IMG/VR virus record: IMGVR_UViG_3300046832_000414
Location: 1 to 32,590 of that record
Reading direction: 5' to 3' (one strand)
Length of the DNA stretch: 32,590 bases
Origin: a virus
Taxonomy: Duplodnaviria; Caudoviricetes
Below the pieces are notes generated by a model. That model ran no database searches, was not told the DNA's origin, and saw nothing but the letters and a program-made list of their open reading frames with translations. This document shows positions 26,454-32,590 of this stretch, one piece after another. The number at the start of each line of letters is the position of its first letter. The first letter of the stretch is position 1. The position numbers and the translations under genes were made by a program.

Positions 26454-26461
26454 CAAATATA
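26454..26461 (-). promoter_or_regulatory. -7 promoter element TATATTTG
   Basis: TAnnTTTG directly after the capsid terminator. Confidence 0.6.
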
Positions 26462-26465
26462 TAAC

Positions 26466-26492
26466 AAAAAAGGCAGACCTAAGTCTACCTTT
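26466..26492 (-). terminator. Terminator of the major capsid gene
   Basis: AGGTAGAC-TTAG-GTCTGCCT followed by a T-run. Confidence 0.85.
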
Positions 26493-26521
26493 AATGATAT
26501 TAATAAGAAACTTATTAACTA

Positions 26522-27883
26522 CTATTTCAACAACATGAAGTTGTTAGCACCTAAAACAACCAAAGCTCTTTCAGATAAGAAGTTAACTTGCATCGCATCT
26601 AATTCAGAGTTAGAAGCACCACCAGCAGATCCTACGATCCATGATTTGTATTTTCTATCTTCTGTTTCAGATTTTCTGTAACGTGTGTGTAAGAACGGAC
26701 GTTTAGCGTTTTTACCAAGAACTTGGTCGTAAACTGTCAATGTTCCAGCAGGAACCAATACACCATCGATGTCAGAGATAGAACCTCTAGTTGTAGCATC
26801 GTTTAAGTATTTCCAGTCAGTTTTGTAGAAATCATAACCTAAGTTAAATCCTTTAAAACCAAGATTCAATGCCATGTCTTGCTCGTTGTCGAACAATCCG
26901 TAAGAAGCTCCACTTGAACCGAAGTTGTTTTGAGCAGCTAATACAGTGTCAATCTCGAAAGATGTTTTTCTGTTTACGAACAATACATTCTCTTGAATAG
27001 CACCTTCTTTATCCAACACTTTGATAATGTTTTCTAAGTCAGTTCTATCAGTGATAGCACCTGTTCCAACGTTACCTCTGTTAGCGATTTCGTAGAAAAG
27101 ACCTTTAGTACCTTTGTATCCAGCAGCAGCAACAGCTGAACCAGCAGCAGCAGGCTCACCTTCTACCATAGACATCTCTAGGTAATCTTCAAAACGTAAA
27201 CGAGTTTCGTGCTCAGATTTCAAATACCATAAGTATCCTGAAGCACCATTTTCAGTTGTAACTTCGATCCATCCAACTTGAGCCATATCAGAACCATTAA
27301 CCTCGTATTTATCTTTGATGATAATTGGGTTAGTTTCTAAGATGTCAGATTGAGCTTCCAAAGAACCAGACATTCCGTTAGTTCCTTTTTTGAACTCAGA
27401 ACCGTAAACGAATACTTTCAATGCACCTTCTCCTGATCCAACAGCAGATAAATCAGCAGCGCTATAAGGAGCAACTGTGATAGTAACACCATCAACATCA
27501 ATACCAGTTACCAAAGCTTTCACTGTGATAGCACCGTCATTGATTACTATAGTTTGGTTTAAACGTACTGAGTGAGCAGCAGTAAAAGTAATAGTGCTAG
27601 CACTAGCTTTAGTTGCAGTTCCGAATACGTGTAAACGACCTTGCTCTGTCCATTTGATCAAATCAGATGTAGAAGGCATTTCAGCACCTACTAAACGTAA
27701 GAAAGATGCGATAGAACGGTTACCAAATCTCTCGAATTCTTTTTCGTAAAGGTCTGGTAATTCATGTGACAAAAAGTCAAATGTACCTACGTAGTTAGTA
27801 GATAATGTAGCTTTAACTGGAGCTGGAGTTAAGTTAGCAGCACCAGAAATAGCGTTAGTTGAAAAATTTACAGCTTGAGCCAT
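26522..27883 (-). CDS. Major capsid protein
   Basis: 453 aa, after the scaffold gene, with its own terminator; LPDLYEKEFERFGNRSIASFLR...WTEQGRLH and FLSERALVVLGANNF resemble Bacteroidota podovirus capsid proteins. Confidence 0.88.
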   Translation of the reverse strand: MAQAVNFSTNAISGAANLTPAPVKATLSTNYVGTFDFLSHELPDLYEKEFERFGNRSIASFLRLVGAEMPSTSDLIKWTEQGRLHVFGTATKASASTITFTAAHSVRLNQTIVINDGAITVKALVTGIDVDGVTITVAPYSAADLSAVGSGEGALKVFVYGSEFKKGTNGMSGSLEAQSDILETNPIIIKDKYEVNGSDMAQVGWIEVTTENGASGYLWYLKSEHETRLRFEDYLEMSMVEGEPAAAGSAVAAAGYKGTKGLFYEIANRGNVGTGAITDRTDLENIIKVLDKEGAIQENVLFVNRKTSFEIDTVLAAQNNFGSSGASYGLFDNEQDMALNLGFKGFNLGYDFYKTDWKYLNDATTRGSISDIDGVLVPAGTLTVYDQVLGKNAKRPFLHTRYRKSETEDRKYKSWIVGSAGGASNSELDAMQVNFLSERALVVLGANNFMLLK

Positions 27884-27904
27884 GTTTGTGTTTGTGTTTA
27901 ATTA

Positions 27905-28999
27905 TTATTTTCTTTTCCTAATTTTCATACCACCTTCAAAATCATCGTTGGAAACTACTCTCATTTTAGGACCATCTCCCTTAGGAGTTACATCTTTCTT
28001 ATCTCTAACGGACATCTCTATATTCTTAGCGTCCTTGATAACATTGTTAGTAGCATCTGATTTACCTTGTTCGTAAAAGAACTTAGCGAAACCATCTGGG
28101 TCTCTAAACATTGCTAAAGCCTTGTGATATTGGTGTTCGTCTTTCAAATACCCATTCTCGTCTAGGTGATTTGCAATAACTTTACTAATATCAGATTGAG
28201 TAGTTTTAGTTTCTAGCACATCGCTAGGTTTAAAAACCTGTTTCTTATCTCCTAGATTAAATTCAAAACCTTTGAACTCACTATTAAACAATCTATTGGT
28301 TTTATCTAAAAATACCTCAGCTTTCTTTTGAGCAATTTCAATTTCCTTCTTTGAATTCTCAGTGTATTCTTGATAGAAGTTAAAAGCCTTCTTGTAATCT
28401 TCAGAAACTTCAGTTTGACTAGACCCTAGCTCGACCTTATATTGTTCCTTTAAATCATTCAAATAGCCTTTAGCTCTAAACAATTCTTCTTTTAATGCAA
28501 CCTTTTTCTTTTTGATATCTCTATCGTCATCAATATCTTCATCATAAGAATATTCTTCTTCTAATAAATATGCGATATCATCATCATCAAGATGAGGTTT
28601 TGTTTGCTTGTAATATTCTTTAAGAATAGTAGCATCATTCTCTGAGTTCCAGTCTCTATTTATCTTAAGATAATTATCAACTCCAAACTCCATCAATTTC
28701 TTAATGTCTTCTGGTAACTCAGCCTTTTCTTTTTGTGTAAGAACTTCATCCAAAGAGTTATACTCTTTTTGGTATCTTTCTTTTAAGTAACTTAAAACTC
28801 TAGCGTCATCAATATCAACCTCTTGAGTTTCCTCTACTTCTGCATCTTCTACTTGAGAATCATCTTCAACAGTTTCTTCTACTTGAGAATCATCATCAAC
28901 TTGTTCGTCGTCAACAACTGTATCTTCAACTTGAGTTTCCTCTACTTGATTTTGTACTTCTCCATCGTCATCTAAGACTTTAAAAGTAAATCCTTCCAT
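27905..28999 (-). CDS. Capsid scaffolding protein
   Basis: Very acidic repetitive N-terminus; lies between portal and capsid. Confidence 0.75.
   Translation of the reverse strand: MEGFTFKVLDDDGEVQNQVEETQVEDTVVDDEQVDDDSQVEETVEDDSQVEDAEVEETQEVDIDDARVLSYLKERYQKEYNSLDEVLTQKEKAELPEDIKKLMEFGVDNYLKINRDWNSENDATILKEYYKQTKPHLDDDDIAYLLEEEYSYDEDIDDDRDIKKKKVALKEELFRAKGYLNDLKEQYKVELGSSQTEVSEDYKKAFNFYQEYTENSKKEIEIAQKKAEVFLDKTNRLFNSEFKGFEFNLGDKKQVFKPSDVLETKTTQSDISKVIANHLDENGYLKDEHQYHKALAMFRDPDGFAKFFYEQGKSDATNNVIKDAKNIEMSVRDKKDVTPKGDGPKMRVVSNDDFEGGMKIRKRK
28822..28947 (-). repeat. Degenerate acidic peptide repeats (DDSQVE / VEETQ)
   Basis: TCTTCTACTTGAGAATCATC at 28845 and 28875; CTTGAGTTTCCTCTACTT at 28822 and 28930. 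Confidence 0.75.
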
Positions 29000-29027
29000 T
29001 ATATTAAATATTAAATTAAATTTTTTG

Positions 29028-29035
29028 CAAAGTTA
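29028..29035 (-). promoter_or_regulatory. -7 promoter element TAACTTTG for scaffold and capsid
   Basis: TAnnTTTG plus an AT-rich leader. Confidence 0.7.
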
Positions 29036-29043
29036 TGAATATT

Positions 29044-31467
29044 TTAAATACCGCTAAATAAGCTGTCAATATCCATCAAATCGTCTTCTTCTTCAAAGTC
29101 TATAGCGTCCTCGTCTTTAGCTCTCTGTTTAATCATTTTAGATTGTTGAGTAGCTTGTAACTTAGTTCTTTTATCCTTTCTATCTTCACGCTCTTGTTCT
29201 TTTCTTTCAAGAGTAGCCATTTCGTTTTGTTTAATCTCTCCTTTCATTCCTTCTTGAAGCTTTATCAATTCAGCCTTCATTTGGAATTCAATTTGCATTT
29301 TCTCCATCTCGTTTTGATGTTTCAATTGCTCTAACTGAACATCTGACTGAGAAGTAGCTTGTATCAATTGCATTTTAGATTGAGAAGTAGCTTGAGCTAA
29401 TTGAGCTTGAGATTGAGCTTGAGCCTCGTAGTTTTGTTTTTGAGTCTCTAAGTCTTTCTCCTCTTTCTTTTTCTTTCTAACTTTCAACAACTGAGAAGCA
29501 ATCTTAACATTCTTAACATTTCTAATATCAATAGCGTCATCAATATCAATCTTACCAGCAGACAAAGCAGCTTGTATGTTTTGATTAAGCATTTGAGTCT
29601 CTTCTTCGTCTGGCATTAAATCAATGTAAATACCAAAGTTATATAAGTGTAGATCTTTTATCTTCTCTATAGTATCCATAGAGCTTCCACCAATCATATT
29701 AGCGAAGTCTTCTTTCATATCAGAATACTCTAATACATCAGACATTCTATAGCAAATACATTCAGCTAATCTTCTAGTAGTAAAAATACCACTTTGAAGT
29801 ATGTGTCTTGTAGCTGTATTTGAATTTAAAGCAGCTAGTTTCTGTGTACCAACTAAACTATTTTCGTCTGGCATACTACCATCTCTAGCTTCATTTAATC
29901 CAGTTACCGCTCTAATCATACCTAAGTATTGATTGTACATCCCTATAAGAGATTGTATTTTTGCGTTTGCTCCTGAAGCAGTTAATTCTTGAACTGGTAT
30001 TTTACCATTATTGAATTCTCCATCCTCAGTCATACTTCTACCAATCACACTACCTGTTTGGAAGTATAAATTCAAAGCTTCTTCTGGGGTGTATGTCATT
30101 CCGTTACCTAGATTAATGGAGTTTAATCCATCTATATCTAAGTATACACCGTCTGGTTTTAAACTAGATATTACTTGTTGTAACTTTAAGTGAGTCAATT
30201 GAATCTGATCAGCAAAAGGAATCATTCTCTTTACTAATGAATCAATAGATCCTCTGTACATTCTTGGTGCGGATAATACATAAGGAGGGTAAACTTTAGA
30301 TATAGAAGACTTAGGTCTAACCATATTCTTCATTACGTCCCACTTAAGTATGTGATTAGTTCCTAAAACCAATACTCCTTCAAACCAAACATCTATTCTT
30401 TTAGATAGTTTCTCAAATTGAGCATCTCCTGTTTTAGGTCCTTGGAAAGAGTCATCTCTTTTAATAACTTTCTCTCCACCATTACCATTCTTTTTCTTTT
30501 TGTAAACAATATTCATATCTGTTTTAAAAGCAAAGAATAATAATGTAGCGCTATTGTTGTTTAAGTTACCTTCAGCAACATTACCACCTTGTATATTTTG
30601 ATAAGAATCCCATTTAGAAGCTAACTTAGCTATCTCTTTAATCTCTTCTTGACTAAGATTAGGATTTAATTTTTTAAGCTCTGTAATATTTACATTCTTA
30701 ACTTCTCCAAAATAATAACAATCTTGGAATGTAGGATCTTCTGTTGGAGACCAAACCATATTAGCTGGGTCACAGTATTCTATGTTGATTCCATTATGTG
30801 TATCAAAAGAGTGTTTAGCAGCAGACAGTCCAAGAACTGTTGCGTCTTCATCTATCCTTCTCTTTGTTAAATCGTAGTTATTTAGTTTAAATACATTATC
30901 GATAGCTTTTTCTTCAACGACTTCAATCTCGTCTTTATAAAACTCCATATGAAGATCAAGCTCCTGCTTGCTTCCAGGCATATCTTCTTCTGGTATTGGA
31001 TACATATCGATACCAAGTAAATCTTTAGCATCTTTCAATATGTTTTTACCAACCATAGCTTTTTCAAGCTCATATTTATACGCTCCTTTTTTTGCAGAAG
31101 ACATACTGTCTATAGCCTCAGCTTTTACTTCGTATTGTCTACTAGACATTCCGTTTACAACAATGTCAACAAATTTAGGTATAATAGGAACTGGCGTCCA
31201 ATCTACATTAAGATATGATATATCACCATTGACACTCATCTCCTTTTTGTATTTTTGAACAGACTGTTCTCCTCTTGCGTATAATCTTAACTTATGAAAG
31301 TGATCTCTATTGGTGTAAAACCTAGATCCATTTTGAGATGTCTTTCTAAACCATTCCGATTGAATAGCGTGACCCACACTTCTTCCATACTCTTTACTTA
31401 GTTTGGTAGCGTCGTCAGCTAATTGATCTGGAAAATATACATTAGGTAATGAGAAATCTTGAGTCAT
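29044..31467 (-). CDS. Portal protein
   Basis: 807 aa after the terminase; LRLYARGEQS, DWTPVPIIPKFVDIVVNG, VTGLNEARDGS and a C-terminal coiled coil. Confidence 0.88.
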   Translation of the reverse strand: MTQDFSLPNVYFPDQLADDATKLSKEYGRSVGHAIQSEWFRKTSQNGSRFYTNRDHFHKLRLYARGEQSVQKYKKEMSVNGDISYLNVDWTPVPIIPKFVDIVVNGMSSRQYEVKAEAIDSMSSAKKGAYKYELEKAMVGKNILKDAKDLLGIDMYPIPEEDMPGSKQELDLHMEFYKDEIEVVEEKAIDNVFKLNNYDLTKRRIDEDATVLGLSAAKHSFDTHNGINIEYCDPANMVWSPTEDPTFQDCYYFGEVKNVNITELKKLNPNLSQEEIKEIAKLASKWDSYQNIQGGNVAEGNLNNNSATLLFFAFKTDMNIVYKKKKNGNGGEKVIKRDDSFQGPKTGDAQFEKLSKRIDVWFEGVLVLGTNHILKWDVMKNMVRPKSSISKVYPPYVLSAPRMYRGSIDSLVKRMIPFADQIQLTHLKLQQVISSLKPDGVYLDIDGLNSINLGNGMTYTPEEALNLYFQTGSVIGRSMTEDGEFNNGKIPVQELTASGANAKIQSLIGMYNQYLGMIRAVTGLNEARDGSMPDENSLVGTQKLAALNSNTATRHILQSGIFTTRRLAECICYRMSDVLEYSDMKEDFANMIGGSSMDTIEKIKDLHLYNFGIYIDLMPDEEETQMLNQNIQAALSAGKIDIDDAIDIRNVKNVKIASQLLKVRKKKKEEKDLETQKQNYEAQAQSQAQLAQATSQSKMQLIQATSQSDVQLEQLKHQNEMEKMQIEFQMKAELIKLQEGMKGEIKQNEMATLERKEQEREDRKDKRTKLQATQQSKMIKQRAKDEDAIDFEEEDDLMDIDSLFSGI

Positions 31468-31468
31468 A

Positions 31469-32590
31469 TTATCTTAATAATTCGCTTTGTAATCCTTTAT
31501 TGGAATATCTTGCAAAATTAAACATTATTTCTTTATTATTTCTAATGGGCTTAGATACATACGTTTGATTAGCCATTATAGCAAAACCGCTACTAATAGT
31601 TGCATCAAACTTAGTTCTATTACTTATATCGTAGTTTGCCCAATCTAATAACGTTCTATTAAAGAACATATTACCCATCTTTCCTGCCTCTCTAAATTGA
31701 CCACTATAATCAATACCGACGTACTGATCTATATAAGCTTCTAATGCATTTGCGTGCAATTCAATTACCTGAGTTGATGAAGGTATACCTCCTAGTTCTT
31801 TTTCAGAAGAACTTAAATCATTTTTATGCTTATCTGGTCTTCTTAAACAGAATCCAGTATATCCTCTATTGTAAAAATATCTTAATTGACCAACCTTGTT
31901 ATTCTCAATTAGTATTGGCATACCATAGAAAACACAAGCCATCAAACAGTCTTCGTAAAACTCTTCTGATGTTCTAGGTCTAGCAATGTATTCTAAAAAG
32001 AAGAAGTTGCTAGGAGCATCATCCATATTGAATTTAGTTAAACCATGTAATGATCCTTTAGATCCACCACCACCTACTACTCCAGATATATCGTAAGTAT
32101 CACATCCAAAAGCACCTACGTGTACATTCGCTGGATATTTTTTACCATTCTTGATCTCTATTTTATTGGTCATATCTTTGTTAGGAAACCAAGTAACTTT
32201 GAAATTACCATCTTTACTAGGAATCCAAATAACCTCGCTATCCTTAATACCATTCTTCCAAGCAAACTTACCAGTATTTACAATTCTATTTATCTCTAAT
32301 CCATCATTGTAATCTATCTGTTCGTATATCTTAGCTAAATCATACAAAGAGTTTTTAGCTTCATCTCTAAACGCATGACTCTCTGTTCTTGGAAATTGTC
32401 TGTAGAATTCGTTTAAAGCGTCAGAATTGTTTTTTAAGGCACTAACTTCGTTCTCCCAGTAATCTATAACCCCTGTGTAAATAAAACCTCCCTGAATGTC
32501 TCTAATTGGCTTCTCAGGCGTTCTAAAAACTGGTTGACCATATATATCAATATATCCTTCAAAATTCCACTCCATTGGGATAAATAAAGC
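31469..32590 (-). CDS. terL: Terminase large subunit, C-terminal nuclease part (5' partial)
   Basis: Frame is open to the window edge; RQFPRTESHAF, FGCDTYD, ILIENN and FDATISSG (RNase H-like acidic residues); directly upstream of the portal. Confidence 0.88.
   Translation of the reverse strand, partial: ALFIPMEWNFEGYIDIYGQPVFRTPEKPIRDIQGGFIYTGVIDYWENEVSALKNNSDALNEFYRQFPRTESHAFRDEAKNSLYDLAKIYEQIDYNDGLEINRIVNTGKFAWKNGIKDSEVIWIPSKDGNFKVTWFPNKDMTNKIEIKNGKKYPANVHVGAFGCDTYDISGVVGGGGSKGSLHGLTKFNMDDAPSNFFFLEYIARPRTSEEFYEDCLMACVFYGMPILIENNKVGQLRYFYNRGYTGFCLRRPDKHKNDLSSSEKELGGIPSSTQVIELHANALEAYIDQYVGIDYSGQFREAGKMGNMFFNRTLLDWANYDISNRTKFDATISSGFAIMANQTYVSKPIRNNKEIMFNFARYSNKGLQSELLR

Noticed and set aside
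26425-26538. Short + strand ORF MREKAKNV...
   Set aside because: Antisense to the late module, crosses the capsid terminator and has no + strand promoter; better explained as the complement of the candidate sRNA.
131-31977. Opposite-strand and nested ORFs in the track (e.g. 2537-3028, 8314-8529, 19420-19890, 24088-24414)
   Set aside because: They are shadows of longer, motif-bearing genes and have no recognisable features.
1-32590. Stop-codon reassignment
   Set aside because: Genes are full-length and tightly packed in the standard code, and no suppressor tRNA was found.

Overview
AT-rich segment of a Bacteroidota (Flavobacteriia-type) podovirus-like phage genome in the standard genetic code, made of two convergent arms that meet at a bidirectional terminator (~8300-8325). 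The + arm (1-8300) carries replication and nucleotide-metabolism genes: a primase-helicase with an SSB-like tail, two calcineurin-like phosphoesterases including a T5 A1-like protein, a DnaA-domain-IV/MazG fusion, a second NTP-pyrophosphatase-like protein and an endonuclease I-like nuclease. It also has a non-coding RNA island (6840-7311). The - arm (32590 to 8329) is the virion module: terminase, portal, scaffold, major capsid, two small promoter-terminator units, five tRNAs, ring/adaptor proteins, a split tail-stabilisation protein, a GNAT and three probable ejection proteins. Host-type TAnnTTTG promoters are scattered through both arms. The most striking signal is five spondin-type thrombospondin-1 (TSP1) repeats, an adhesion domain normally eukaryotic, here in a 4-Cys form and grafted with a second Cys module onto the split tail protein locus. 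The RNA elements are also unusual: a tRNA-like RNA with an extra D-loop hairpin, an HDV/theta-like pseudoknot after a tRNA, and candidate small RNAs. All protein calls come from motif recognition and gene order; no database search was run.
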